64,000 nucleotides of DNA, from positions 2,232,001 through 2,296,000 of the forward strand of contig CM082577.2 of assembly GCA_040954595.2 (NCBI GenBank), read 5' to 3'. The notes below the pieces were generated by a model. It was not told the origin of the DNA. It was given only the letters and a program-made list of their open reading frames with translations, and did not search any database. A program made the position numbers and the translations under genes. The DNA comes from Balanoglossus misakiensis (Eukaryota; Animalia; Hemichordata). Numbering within the stretch: the stretch's first letter is position 1; each line of letters starts with the position of its first letter. Below are positions 50,373 to 63,563 of the stretch, piece after piece.

Positions 50373-53300
50373 ATGTTTGATTTATTATGGCTATAATATG
50401 AAGTGAACTGATCAATAATGATTAATGTGGGATTTCTCTGTGGAAATGTTATATAGAAATAGAATGAGTTGTATGTTGTAGTATTGTGCTTATTTGGTGA
50501 ATTTTTAATACCTAAATATTTTAAGATAAAAAGACGCTGCTAGTTGCCGTTTGTACATATTAATTTCAAATAACTGTTGTGTTGTTCCCCTTTATGTGGT
50601 GAAACTATTCAAATTTGTTAAGTAAACATTGTCAACTGTCCATAGGCTGATGTTAAAGTGTTCTCTTCTATTGTGAGTTTTTATTTCAACTCAATAGACA
50701 GTGCAGTGAGTGACTCGTGTAACACATTTCAAGCAATGAAATTATAACCTCTAAGGATGAAAAAATAAGAAAAACTGATTGACATGCAAAATTTATGTCA
50801 ATTTGTATGCAGATAATAAGACGTGAAAATTGCTTTTTATTATTCATCTCAGTTCCATATTGCATTGTGTTCCCATGGTTACAGGTCAGAAGAAAGAGAT
50901 TATGTTACTGTCAGGGAGTATAAAAATAGTAGTGAGCTGTACTTTGCTGGCAGTCGGTTGTAGTCACATCATGATATTCGGCAGTAATTACCATTCCACT
51001 AACGAGGAACCGTGGGAAATGTACAGTATAATATATATACGTAACACAGTCAATTAGGACAGATCTACAAAATCTTCACTCTGCAAATTAAATGCTTCCT
51101 GGGGGAAACTGGTCCTAGAAGGGGGATAACTTCATGACAATACACAAATGTGACTTATTACAGATTGTGATTAGCATGAGAAGGCAGTGGCCATTGGAGA
51201 AATCGTGTCTGCATGCTGGGTTTGTGCTACAAAGGATGTAAACAAAATTTTCAAGCTAAGTTTTTTTTTGCAGCCTGCGTGTTGTGTATCGCCGTTCATG
51301 TCGCGTTTGTGACGTGGTTGGTGGCCGCTTCTTGTCAAGTGCAGCTGCCCAGCAGGGGTAACATGTTCCAGAACAGATTTAACAAGAGTTTGAATGTCAG
51401 AGACCGCATCTTTCGTATTTAAAAGGCAACTCGACTGTTGTTTGCTTCCATGGAAATAGACGCAGCTGCAATATGCCAACGGCGGAGTAGAGTTTGCTTG
51501 GTGGTTTAAATTTACATGTTGTGTTAGATCTGGCATGAAAGTACTGTAACCGTGAGTGGTATGTTCTATATTATCTGTAGGGCTTGCACTGTTAAAAAAT
51601 GAAAAATTTAATGTTTCATTTTGTTGTGTTTTTGAATTTGGCTATATTTTGCTGCATGTAAATTCTCTGATAGTGACAAAAACTACATTTTCACAGTTTG
51701 TAATTTAACATACACTGGTTACTCGTACATGGTTTCAGAGTGATAGATCTGTTTTCAAGGTGACCAAATGGTTGTTGATGCAGCGTCCTTGAAGTCTGTT
51801 TTGCAAGACCTATTGTTCTGGATTTCAGCCAGGGTTTTGTAAACATGCACAGACAAAACTTAAAAACTCTCATTGGGAAAGAAAATATATTGGAGTGCGT
51901 AATTTACAAGTACTGTGTGAAGCATCGCTACTTCATTGTGACCATCTGTTGACGAGTTGTCAGCAAAGTGCCAATATACTGGACCAATTCATTGTTGATG
52001 CGTCCCTATAAAAGTTATATCTGTACTCTGGCAGGTCAAAGCTCTGGTTAGCCTGGTATCTAGGGTGCCTTTTCTTGGCCGACTAGATACAGTGTGGCTG
52101 GGCGTTGGTATGTATGCAGAAATCGGTGAAATAGTTTGTCAGTGTCAGTTGCAATATTTTGTTGAATCTCTCGTATTGGGCATCAGCTGTGGAGTGTGTA
52201 AAAAAACAACATACATCGATACAGGTCAGATCACTTTTGGCATATCTAATAATTTAAATTTACTCAATTCTTTGTTGTCTTTGCTATTGGTTTAGCTCGG
52301 GAATGAATCTCATAACCTACCTAATTTGATATTCCGTCAGTTATAGCTCAGGTGTTTCTGATGTGTGGGGACCGAGAAATTTGATCACCCATTGGTGATC
52401 AAATATTGGCAATGCCACTGGAGGCTAAAGTTGCATGTAGGTTTAATACATCCTTCAGATTTATATACTTTCAGAAATTCTAAGTAATTTCCCAAACCAT
52501 CAGCCACAAGCTGGTGACATCAACAAAACTATACTGATGGATACTGCTGATGGTTTTAGTAAGCTGCCAAATACAATTGAAGTGGTTGATATCAAGTAAC
52601 AAGATTGCCATTCTCAATTGCCAGAAAGTTAAAAATATACACATATTTCCTACTACAGGATCATTTTACATGGTAATGCTGGTTGTACTAAAAAACAGTA
52701 CACATGTATCTGTGACACAGTTTGATGAAAAGAGGAAACCAATGAGAAAACTGACCTCCAGTCTGTACTGTAATACTATGAGTTTGAAGCCAGAGGCAAT
52801 GGCTGTGTTGTTTCAATTTCAATTTCTAAGTTTGTTCAGGTGGCTTTGGTGATATTTTACTCCATTAAATATGAATGTGTTTTTGTTAATTTTGACTGGC
52901 AATCACTATTGTGCCTGTGGAGTAAATATATAAATGAATTGGTTTTCCTCGTAAATCTGTATGAGGCTGGTGATGAAAGAAGTACTTCTCACATAGATAT
53001 CTGTGTCTAGTGCAGTGTGAGATCAGATGTTTTAATTATTCCAATAATATCCAGAGGAGATAGAAATTTTAAAATGTCAAGTGTGAAGTTTTCTTGTGTG
53101 TGTAGAATACATGGATTAATATTGCATGTTGATATCAAACGTGTAACTATGTAACAAGCATGTAGACAAAATAAATCTATTTTGAGCCCTTTGAGTTTGA
53201 TTCATGATACTACTGCTGATGTACAGTATCAAATAATAAATTATTGTGAAAAGAAACAAAATTTGGTTCTGTAGATGCCAGGCACCCTTTTCATTGCAAT

Positions 53301-54868
53301 AGCAGTATCTTGTCCAGTCGCACTTAGAACTTATTCAAATACAGCATCTGCCAATTTCCTGTCGTAGCTCGTCTCATCTCCCGCTCACAGTGAGAAGACC
53401 GCGTTTATGCGCCAAAATTGTCGGCTGCTCGGTTCACCATGGTGAGAATGTTGATGAATAATTCACATGTTTACCCAAGAACGGAATCTGCCTCAGGGGA
53501 AGACATCGGAAACTTGTGCTCAGGCGCACTGTTGACTGTTCTCCACTGAACTTGTTGATGAAATGTCAGAGGTCACCGTAGAAACTTGTCAGTCGAGGAA
53601 ACCAAATATTCTCAAGTGGGCCTTCTTCTGAAATTAGTAAAATTAGAAGGCCCCCTTGAGAATATTTGGTTTCCCTGACTGACAAGTTCAGATTTACTCT
53701 TAGTACATAACCGTATTATGGAGATGACCATTTTTAGGATTTTTAAAAAGTTTGACCTTGATGTGACCTTGCCATAGTGTGAGTCAGAGTGGTAAGAACA
53801 CAAGTACAATGGAAAATAATTTTAGCTGAGGTCGTTACATTGAGAATGAAAAAAATAGTAACCTCAACTACTTTACGCTGTTTTAATAACATGAATATTT
53901 TAAAAAGAGATATATACAGGAGGAGTGATATTAACATTTAGATTGATGCTCTACAATCACCTTCAAGTACCTGTTGACGGTGGAGATAGATTTTCACATG
54001 TAATGAGATTTTACATTATTAACGGGTAGCTCGTGGGTCTGTTGAAACAAATGGCAAACGGTGAAAGATTTTTTTTTCTGTCTAGTGGAAATTTCATGGG
54101 AGGTCACTACAACTATGACTTACCTACTGTGTGATGCATCTTCAGAGAGTCAAATAATCTGAGCAAGTTGGAATATGGTCAATCGACAAATTTACTACAT
54201 GTTATTGTATATAACTGGACAGTGTGTTCTGCAGCTGCAAGCGGTGCTTAATACAAACTTCCTGCACATTTGTCATTGCATATCCTTTACAGTTGTATAG
54301 ATGACATGTTAAGTGCTAGTTGCCAAATCAAAGTGCTGCCACTTGAAGAAATTAAAAGTGCTAACACTGATAGCCCCATTTCGTCAGAGTCAGTGCTACT
54401 AGCACTTTCTGATGGCAGAGTGTGTTTTAAAGACACCCACAGCCATCTGATTTAAATCCGATGTAGAGATGAATGGGCAAATCGTAATCGTATTGTGGTC
54501 TGTAGAAAAGACTCTCCTACCTCTACATTGGATTTGAATTCAGATTGACCTACATGTATAACATAACTGGAATGAATTCCAGTCCAGACTCAATTAATAC
54601 CAATGCTGACTCTGCATATGTAGGTTGTGTGCACTGGGCATTTTATCATGCTTAAGGGAGTCGTACAAGAAACAAGAATTGGCCGTTATTTTACCATTAG
54701 CATGCGTTCAAGGTGTGAGTTTCAACTGCGCGTATATGTACATATATGCAAGTAGGTCATCTCTCTCTGATGTGGTGACAATGACAGTTGCTATCACACA
54801 TTGACAGCTCTTATCTGCAAGTTCACTTACAGACATAGTAGCTTAATTTATTACCAAGTAATCAATAA

Positions 54869-55034
54869 CAGTGTTTCATCAACAAAGGGGTTCCACTCTG
54901 GCAAAGGGAGACTGCAGCAAAAGTGAGTGTGATTGTCACACCATTTCATGCATTGCTGGTCGCCCCCTGACAAGTTGCTAGGCGTGTCAACAGAGGGTGA
55001 ATCACCGCGATTGCCCTGTCTAGATGAAACACTG
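54869..55034. mobile_element. 166-bp MITE with perfect 12-bp TIRs
   Basis: CAGTGTTTCATC ... GATGAAACACTG. Internal sequence is shared with 28311-28470. No TSD is recognisable. Confidence 0.7.
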
Positions 55035-55641
55035 CGATCGGCCAAAATTACTGATGTAAATTTATAAAATCATGAGAGTCTTCTGTGAAGCCTTTGCTAC
55101 TTATGACAGGCAACTACACATACCTGTCTCTCTAACATTTAACCTGCAAACACGTCCAAGCACCCAACACGAAATTCTTTCCCCTCTGGGACTAATAATC
55201 TCCTGCAGTGTGGTGTACATGTACCTGTGGTAAATCTAATTGGTCTGCAAATGTGTTCCACAATCACCGACATGCACCTTTTAATTCCCCCTGAGGGCAG
55301 TGTCTTGTTCCCGGTCAGAATTGCATGTTTCTCGCGGTTAGATTCCAAGAACACAAGCATTTGAAACCATCTGCCTTTCCTGAATATTATGTAAATTATT
55401 CATTTGAGATGTGTGGTGTTTTGCAGAGACTTGTATCATCTGATCAAATTGTGTAGGAAACTTCCACGCTGTGCAGGATCCATTTTTGTTGCCCCTGGAT
55501 GCATTACCAATAACTATATCAACCTCCTTTCTAAACACAGATTTTTTTGTCTTTGACTTTTTAAGCCAAGCAAATGTTTCACTCATATATTTTTTGTCCT
55601 GTTGTATTTTGCAGAGTTCAAGCCAGGCTTGATTCGCAACC

Positions 55642-57526
55642 ATGTCATCGAAGAGTCCGACCTCGCCCCATTCGCCACACAATCCATTTCTCGTTCCCAG
55701 TCCCATAGTAACCAGGCGTACTAGGACGTATTCAACGTAAGTATCAAAAATTTCAATGGATGTGAACATGAAATCTGTGTGAGTTGTTGACTTGTCATAT
55801 CCATTAATATGCAGACGTGATTTGACCCCTCAGCATGCAGTATAGAGCATTTGTATATGCACATGAGAATTTATAACCATGGATATGTGGCCTTTATGGG
55901 TTGAATTGTCTGCAGATGTACAGAGACAGCACATTGTACTGACTTGATAACGTTACATTGTCAGTAGAAATCACGAGCTAAAAATAGTCCCATGAAGGAG
56001 AAATTGTAATGGACGTATGCCCTGGAGTGCTGGAAGGCACAAGTTTCCTTCATTTTCGGAAGAAAACGTGATTTTAACAACATATGTCGCTGTAGCTTGG
56101 GGGCATCTGTGATTTTCTGCCATGCACGGGTGGGTTTTCGCATCCTGAGGTTTTGTTTTGTCGGTCTGTTTTTTCTTCAATTTCCAAGCCGGTTTTTCGA
56201 AATGGAATTTTAAATAATAATGAAAACTGGGTGGGTGGGAACTGCTTGATTCATCAGTATTTTATGAACGTGGAATCACTGACATATATGGCATGTCTGC
56301 ATGATATTTTTATGATATTAACGAGCCTGGTTTTTCACAACGAGCAATCACTTACGTAAGTTCCAGTAATTTTCAGCCGTTCATTCGTTTGTTCGCTCAC
56401 TCACTCATTCATTCACTTGCTCACTCACTCACTCATTTATTTATATAAGAACTGAAAACATAATGCATTTCCATGGACGTCAATAAAATAATCACCTTCT
56501 TGAAAGTACATATAGTTGGTTTCTGTTCACCTCAGGTTCTCTGGTAGCTCTGCTGGAGCTTTGTGGATTTCTCAAACTTTGCCATTTTCATTTCCTCGGT
56601 TGTTTGTCTCTGTTTTCCTTCGGTTTCATTTTTCCTCAAAGGCACGGAGCCCAATTACAGCATCTGTTATCTTCCAACAGTCACACAAGTGTGTTTTTCA
56701 TTTCTCTCTTCGAACGCCGACGTCTCATATCGGTCTCCCTGCTGTGTCTCAAATACCGCATCCTTCATTTTCTTCCTCTACATGCCTGATAAGCAGTATC
56801 ATGTCTCTAGGGAAGCAGTCCATTCTCCTGCTATTTTTTTTGCTCCCATCACATCACTCATCAACTGCCTCTTTCCTCTCCTGTGTTACTAGTAATTTGC
56901 GGAGCACGACTGTTTTCCCAGGATGCTGTGGTATTATAGATGTATGACAATATTGTGCTGGGCTGCTGTATAATTTTCTGAATCAGCATCACCGTCTAGG
57001 TTTTGAATTTCAATCAGTGTTTTTTTTCCCTTCTTCTGCCCAGATCTAAAGCAGCTTCAGAGGGGCCAACCAAAACGGGTGCTATCAAAGAATTTTGCCG
57101 GCACAAGGGACACGGATTTATAACTCCAGACGATAAAAGCATTACGGAGCCTCTGTTTGTCCACATATCAGAGTGAGTATGGAGAACTGTCACTTCCTAT
57201 TATTGTAGAGAAAAGAAAAATTCCGTTCCGTGGTCTCTGATGTCATGGGGAGGTTCAGACGTGTGTGGTGGTGGACATAAAGCGCCCTCGACGGACTGAA
57301 GATTCTTTTTTTGGGTTTCACCGATATACATCCGTTGATAGCCTTACTTCTTTGTTTCTTGCTCTGTAGCATCGAGGGGGAGTACATCCCCGTTGTCGGA
57401 GACCACATCTCGTACAAGGAATGCCTAGTTCCACCCAAGAAAATCAAGAAGCAAGCCGTGGAAGTGGTCATAACACACCTGGCTCCCGACGTCAAGCACT
57501 ATCGCTGGGAAGATCCCGAAGGCTGA
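55642..57526 (+). CDS. CARHSP1: Calcium-regulated heat-stable protein 1 / CSDC2 (cold-shock domain), ~126 aa. Exons 55642-55736, 57044-57172, 57370-57526
   Basis: MSSKSPTSPHSPHNPFLVPSPIVTRRTRTYST|SKAASEGPTKTGAIKEFCRHKGHGFITPDDKSITEPLFVHISD|IEGEYIPVVGDHISYKECLVPPKKIKKQAVEVVITHLAP. An in-frame TGA upstream of the ATG fixes the start. An acceptor at 55614 implies upstream non-coding exon(s). Confidence 0.95.
56380..56443. repeat. (TCAC/TCAT)n tetranucleotide microsatellite in a CARHSP1 intron
   Basis: tcattcgtttgttcgctcactcactcattcattcacttgctcactcactcactcatttatttat. Confidence 0.75.
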
Positions 57527-58562
57527 ACGTTCTTCGTCGCAGCGTCCAAAGACAGGCCCCCTCATAAAAATTTTGTTTTCATTGTTCAATCGTAGCTTTA
57601 TCTGTAACCAATAACGTTTGCCCACTGTGACCCCCTGTCTTGTAAAGGCTATAGCTGTTATTTTGTCTTGCACCATCCTAGTTTTGACCCATTCCTGTTG
57701 ATTGTTCGAAGGGGTTGGACCTACAAGCATTGATGGAAGTTTTCAAGGGTTTAACTATCCCTGCATGTTTAGCTGTCTGTATGTCCATACTGGGAGCATA
57801 TCACACCCTCAGATTTCTACACAGCATGTGATGTTGGTTATTTCTTTTATAGGAAGTGAAGTTTATCAGAATGGATAAGTAGGAAACGAGATCGAAATTT
57901 TTTTGTGATCGATAAGTTAATGGCACCATCAAAGGGCAGATGGTTTTGGTTACAGATAAAATTTGTGATGTACAGAATGAAAAAATAAATTTTCAGATAT
58001 AGCTAAGTAGATACAAATTGAATTCTAGTACACATCAATTGATAGGAAATTTTCATCAAATATTAACTACTTGACTTCAGAGTGTACCGTTAAACCTGAA
58101 TACTAGCTTAGGGGTGAGGTTTTACAGATCGCTATAACGTCATTGGCTAATACGCAGAATTTGAATATATTTAAGTCCCCCTAGCATGGTTTAATAAGTG
58201 ACAGATCTCAAGCCAAGAAATGGACGTCTCGTTTCCCATGGAAACGTTACTTCCACAAAGCTTCTGAACTGTGACTGTTTTTAGATGTTGTTAGCTGTTC
58301 CTCCATTTGTTGTGGATTTTATTTTGTGACGTTTGTATGTACATCATTTTTTTTTACCGAGCACTGTGTCAGGAATAGTGCAGTGTACATCAACGCTCCT
58401 CGCGCGCCGAATACGGGAATGTCATATCTGAACACTGGTAGACATTGTGAGTACACAGAAATCCCTGACGATGTCTTGACTGTTCCTATGGAATCATGCC
58501 CTCAGGGACCTGTTATTCTGTTCTTTTGTTTTTTCGTCTCCTGAAGAAAGTTGTGGAATAGA

Positions 58563-58730
58563 GATTAAGGGATACAGTGTGTAAATGGCTTGAGGATTAA
58601 GGATGCAATGTCATGTTTTATCTTCAGGTTTAGAGATGCAATGTCCAGTCATACTTAGATGATTAGAGATGCATTGTCAAGTCATGCCTGGGATATATTG
58701 GAGGCAATATCAGATCATAGCTCCCAGATG
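58563..58730. repeat. Degenerate minisatellite, about 5 units of ~33 bp
   Basis: Units resemble gattagagatgcaatgtcaagtcatacttagat: gattaaggatgcaatgtcatg..., gtttagagatgcaatgtccagtcatac..., gattagagatgcattgtcaagtcatgc... Confidence 0.6.
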
Positions 58731-59648
58731 AATGTAGCAACCATCACAGGCCATGCTTTGTACTGAGACCTGGTGAATTGCATGTTGTCTGTGCGATATG
58801 GCAATTGAGCAATTTGCTTGGCGCATTCTTTCTTTGCTTGTCAGAATGGTCAACACCTGCTGTGATGTGCTCTGTTGCTTTGAGCAGTGAATCGAAATTC
58901 ATGTGTAAAACCATATGGTAAAACACTTGTTACTAGAATTCTCGTACCGACCGAGGCATTAATTCGACAACAGTGGATGTGTACGCACAAGATGAAACAG
59001 CTTAACAAAATTTTATTTGAAGTCCCTGCGAAGGTCTTCAAAATCTTGATAGTCAACTTGATTTTTCTTTTGCTAAGTGTCAATTCCAAATTGGTACGCA
59101 ATATTTTCCCGTCATGCATTAATCAATAGTTAAAAAAAATTCAATAGCGAAGAAACTAAGGCAGTTGTTCTATATGCTTGACTAACTTGATATAAAGTCT
59201 TTCACCCAACTCACTTCAACTCAGCTCGGCAAGTAGGCAATAATAGACAAATCTTACCAGAGCACATGGACAATAATGAACAATTATACAATAATTAAAT
59301 TAGTTAAGTCAACTATTTTTGTATCAGCCTTTCTTGTTTTTTCCCCTCAGAAATTAGATGATTGTAGACTTGTCATGTATTGTTTACATGTTTTCACCAG
59401 TATTTGATACAAGACCCAAATAAAGTATCAAATGTTTCTCTGAAGTTGATAAGAATTATTATCCATATTTTTCCGTGTCCACTGTCAGTATATTTACATG
59501 TATTGATTTGGCATTCGAAAAGAAATGAAAAAGTATCCCAAGTTATCCCCGTTTATATATTGTGTGTTCATTTGATATATACGTGGTGCTGATGCGTGGA
59601 TTTGGAAGACGCAACTCCCCGCCGGCGCTCGACGATGTTGTCCGTCTC

Positions 59649-60074
59649 TCACACGCCGATTGATGGAATAGTTCCCGGCGGCAAGTGCCCGGCGTGCGCG
59701 TGAATAGCATACGGCGAATGAGGATAAAATTGTCGTTTGTTGAACCGGAAGAGATACGTCAAGAATGACACCACGCAGATGACGCCGACCGCCAGACACA
59801 CCAGCCCGGACACGAACAGCGCGTCTTTGTGCCGAGTGATGGCGTACGACAGGATCAAGAGCACGATGGCAGCGGTCAGGAACAGCACGTAAGAGATGTT
59901 GCAACACCAGGTCATGTACGATGGAGATTTTTCAGGTGTGGTCTGCTCGCCGTGCGGACTGGTTGCACCTTGCACCTCCACGTATTCGCTCTTGTTCATG
60001 ATGGTGCCCTCTTGGTTCTCCGACATCTTCAGACAAGGTTCCAACAGCAACATGTGGGAGAGAACATAATCCAT
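59649..60074 (-). CDS. Small two-pass membrane protein (141 aa, or 125 aa from Met at 60026), uncharacterised
   Basis: Two hydrophobic segments, ISYVLFLTAAIVLLILSYAIT and ALFVSGLVCLAVGVICVVSFLTYLF, with a short loop and basic residues after TM2. Codons are GC-rich. An acceptor at ~60093 and a donor ag|gtgagt at ~60531 suggest a non-coding first exon. Confidence 0.7.
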   Translation of the reverse strand: MDYVLSHMLLLEPCLKMSENQEGTIMNKSEYVEVQGATSPHGEQTTPEKSPSYMTWCCNISYVLFLTAAIVLLILSYAITRHKDALFVSGLVCLAVGVICVVSFLTYLFRFNKRQFYPHSPYAIHAHAGHLPPGTIPSIGV

Positions 60075-61264
60075 TAATTGGATTGGGCATAGGCTATATA
60101 TAGGTAAGGAATTTTAGCCTTAATGAAACAAAAGAATAACCTTTGGTGGTATGTTTTGTTCTTTTGCCATTGACAAATAACTCAAATGAATAACATGTTG
60201 GATTCAATAAAAACGAGTCAGATCTTGACGTCGTGGCTCTTTTTTTTTTTTATCAACGCAGGCTTTAGTTTATACATTCGTTCTATATTGACAACGATGC
60301 CACAACATCTACTAAGCTTTGGTTTTAATTTGTTAAAATAATCGACATGATTCCACTCCAAAAAAACAGAACTTTATGTGGTGAGCGACTTGTGTTGCTC
60401 ACAAAAAATTATTCGAATTCGAACAAGGTCGATGCTACTCTCTCCCCTCGTTCACACAAAACTCCGAAATTCCTGGGCATAACAGATCACTGGTAAAATG
60501 CATACTTTAGATAATTGTTTATCGAAACTCACCTCCTAAGGCTCCTGAATATCTTTTAGTTCAACTGAGTCAGTAGAGGGGCGCCGCTTATCTTCGAAAG
60601 ACACCCAAAACGCGAGGTACGACGCCCAATCGCAGATTTCATAAACCACGGAATATATCTATCTGTGCATGAACACTTTAGTGTGACGTACTGTAAGTGT
60701 TGGTGTCGCTACGTCACGTATGCAGATCACAGGGAAACACAAGGAGAAACACAATACAATATAATTCAACAAAACAAAGGAAACCAATAGTTCTTTTGAA
60801 CCAGTCGGAACAAGAGATGTGATCTTCTCTTATATGATTCGGTGGCAAATAAACTTGTTGCAAACTGTTCAGCCATGCTACGTTTAATTATCATAATTTT
60901 ATTTACAAAGGTGCAAAATTACAACGGCTGGTCTACACAGTTTTAACAACAACTAAATGGAAGACAAAAATATACTAAGGTCCAAATTATGCTAAACAGA
61001 ACTTTCTTCACAAATCACGATTTCTCAGTAGCTATAAATAACACGAAACTTAGCACTATATATATAATTACAGAAGTGGACCAAATACCAAAATGGCACA
61101 AACACTGCCCTATGGGCAGGCATTAGAATTGTAGTAAAAGGCAAATATTCAAAAATGCGTAATATTTTAACAATGGCAGTATGATACATTCACTCTGGGT
61201 CCTTAAACTTCACATCACTTAAAAATACTCAAATTAGATCTCGTGCATATAGAGCACAGAAGTT

Positions 61265-63446
61265 TTACATTTTCCGAAGTTTATTTACAGCGATCGATTT
61301 CTTCACCAACCGACGAACTTGTTTCGAGGAAACCGCCTTGCCTTCATCAACTGCAATGTCATCACCGACTGCGCATGCCTCTGTCTTCCGCGACGGCTTC
61401 GGTGCAGGTGACGCCGGGGAGTGTCTGGCGGTCGTTGGTGGCGCTGTCGTCCTCGTCGGAGTACCCGGTGGAGATGGCGATGGGGATTTCTTCCCGTTGA
61501 CCTTTGTGCAGCACGAGCGAGATGACGTTGACGGATTGCACACGGAGCATATTCCTGTGATTGGGCATTTCGACCGAGACCTTGTCATAGCGACCTCATC
61601 ACTGAAGGTAAAAATATGCAAATATGATAAAATTAGTACTCCAACTCACAGATTTTAAGTTTGTTGAGTTTGGACATGTCTTCACAACTGATTTTCTTTC
61701 AAAAACTCACAAATGGAATCATCTTCTCACCTGGACGATATAACTTTAGACTTCTTCGCCATCTTGGCTGACGATGGTGATGATGTAGAGGTTGTGTCAA
61801 GTTTTCTTTTCCCCAGCGTTCTCTTTGGCGTTGTGGTTGCCGGGGAAACAACACTGATTTCAGGTTTGGCCAATTCACTACGGACATCCGCCATACTCTT
61901 TAACTCTGCAATTCTCTTGGACTTTTCAGAAACATCTGGCAAAGCGTCGGTACCGGTTGCCATGGCTTTAGCGGTCCTTTCTATATACAGGTGAAAAAAA
62001 GGTACAAATTTGCTAATGAGAATCTTGGATTTTTACTGATAAAAAAATAAGTGATAATGTTTGATCTCTCTACTCCTTAAATGGCAGAGTTTTCTTATCT
62101 GACTTACTTTTCTTTTTCAATGTTGTCTCCACCCTGGTTGCCATGGCATCCTCGTCCACTGTTCCTCCCCTTGCGTGGAATTCCTGCATCACTTCGTGAT
62201 TCACTTCATCCATCAGTTGTTGGAGTGACATCTCTTCTCTAGCGCCCCCTATGATGACCTTTGACAACAATTTGGCATTCTTTAACCAGACGTACTGACC
62301 GCCAGTCACGTGAGCGATAGCCATGAAGAAATCTTTGTATGTCTCGACGTAAGATCCACAGGTGACGGTGTAAAGAGTGATGTTTTTCTCCGCCATTTCG
62401 CGGGAGATTTTCATGGGGTCGTGACCCTCTGGGCAGCCTGGGAATTGAAAATGATAAAATAAATATAGAGAAAGAGCACCAAAAAGCTTGATAAAATCTC
62501 GAAATTGATACATGTAGATGTAAATACATGTATTTAATGCACAATATGCTTGCTCTTATTTTTCTTATTCTGTTTTTCTTGTTTCGTCACACGAATGCTT
62601 AATGAAAAAAAGCCTCACCTTTTGGAAATCCGTCCCGGCCGCTGTCGCTCAAACCATGTGGCGGTGCATCGGCGATCAAGACAACCACTTTCGTCGCTCG
62701 GGAGCGCCATTTCAAGTTCAAGGCCTCGTACATCCCGTCAGCAACTGCCTCTGGCCCGTCACCCCCTGAAAAAACAACACATAATTTTTTCTTAATACAG
62801 TTATTTGATATTTAAATATGAAATGATCTGGTTCTAAATGTATCTACTACAAGCTTTCAAAATGTAACTGTACGAGTTGAGAAATATGAATTGATACACA
62901 CCTCCATAGGCGTTCATGTCTTTCATCTCCTTTTGCATCTGCTTCAAAGATGGTGTGAAGTCCATCACGCGTGTAACGAATGTTCTGTCTTCTGGGGGAT
63001 GGTCTCTGTATTGCACTAACGCCAAGTGAATGTCTGACATCTCCTTGGCAACGATCTCCTCTACGATGGCTTGTATGTTCTGGTGGCAGAAAGCGAGAAC
63101 ATTGAGAAAAAAGTGTTACCTATCAAGGAGGTATTATATCCATAAGGAGAGGTAGTAATCCATTTTTTTCTCTGTTGTGATATATTAACCCGAACATTTT
63201 GTCATATTTACTGTCTGTAATAGACAACGCCTTGTCAGGTATTCTGAACCTTAAAATATGGACATTTTATGGTTATGTAAACCTGAATTATGAACTGATG
63301 CTGTTATGTACCTTTTTAGCCTCGTTGATGTAGCTGCCCATGCTACTTGTGGTGTCAATAACGAAAGCTAAATCTAACACGGAGGCATCGTGGTGTTTCA
63401 GCAGAGGTTGTGGTACGAAATCGGGTACTTCGATGGCACCGGGCAT
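61265..63446 (-). CDS. Stand-alone von Willebrand factor A domain protein of the vwkA (alpha-kinase-associated) VWA type. Exons 63446-63312, 63079-62902, 62765-62619, 62437-62108, 61980-61731, 61601-61265
   Basis: LDLAFVIDTTSSMGSYINEAKK (MIDAS DxTxS), IHLALVQYRDHPP, AYGGGDGPEAVADG, WRSRATKVVVLIADAPPHG, DGFPKGCPEGHDP, ITLYTV, FFMAIAHVTGGQYV. All junctions are GT-AG and in frame. No kinase domain occurs before the stop. Confidence 0.88.
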
Positions 63447-63563
63447 TTTGAAAGCTTTTCGTTTTGAGTTTGGAACTTGTTTTGAATTTTTGAAGAAGGT
63501 ATTCTTTTCAGTCTGGTCTGCTGAGTAGTCAGAGGTGTTGTGGTTTAAAGCACAGTCGGTCGC

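Noticed and set aside
55338-56947. ORFs of 143 aa on both strands around CARHSP1
   Set aside because: They begin at or run through intronic low-complexity sequence and lack splice or homology support. The real exon is 55642-55736.
58563-58730. Repeats of ~33 bp that might suggest a CRISPR array
   Set aside because: Units are contiguous and degenerate with no unique spacers or cas genes, and the context is eukaryotic. It is a minisatellite.
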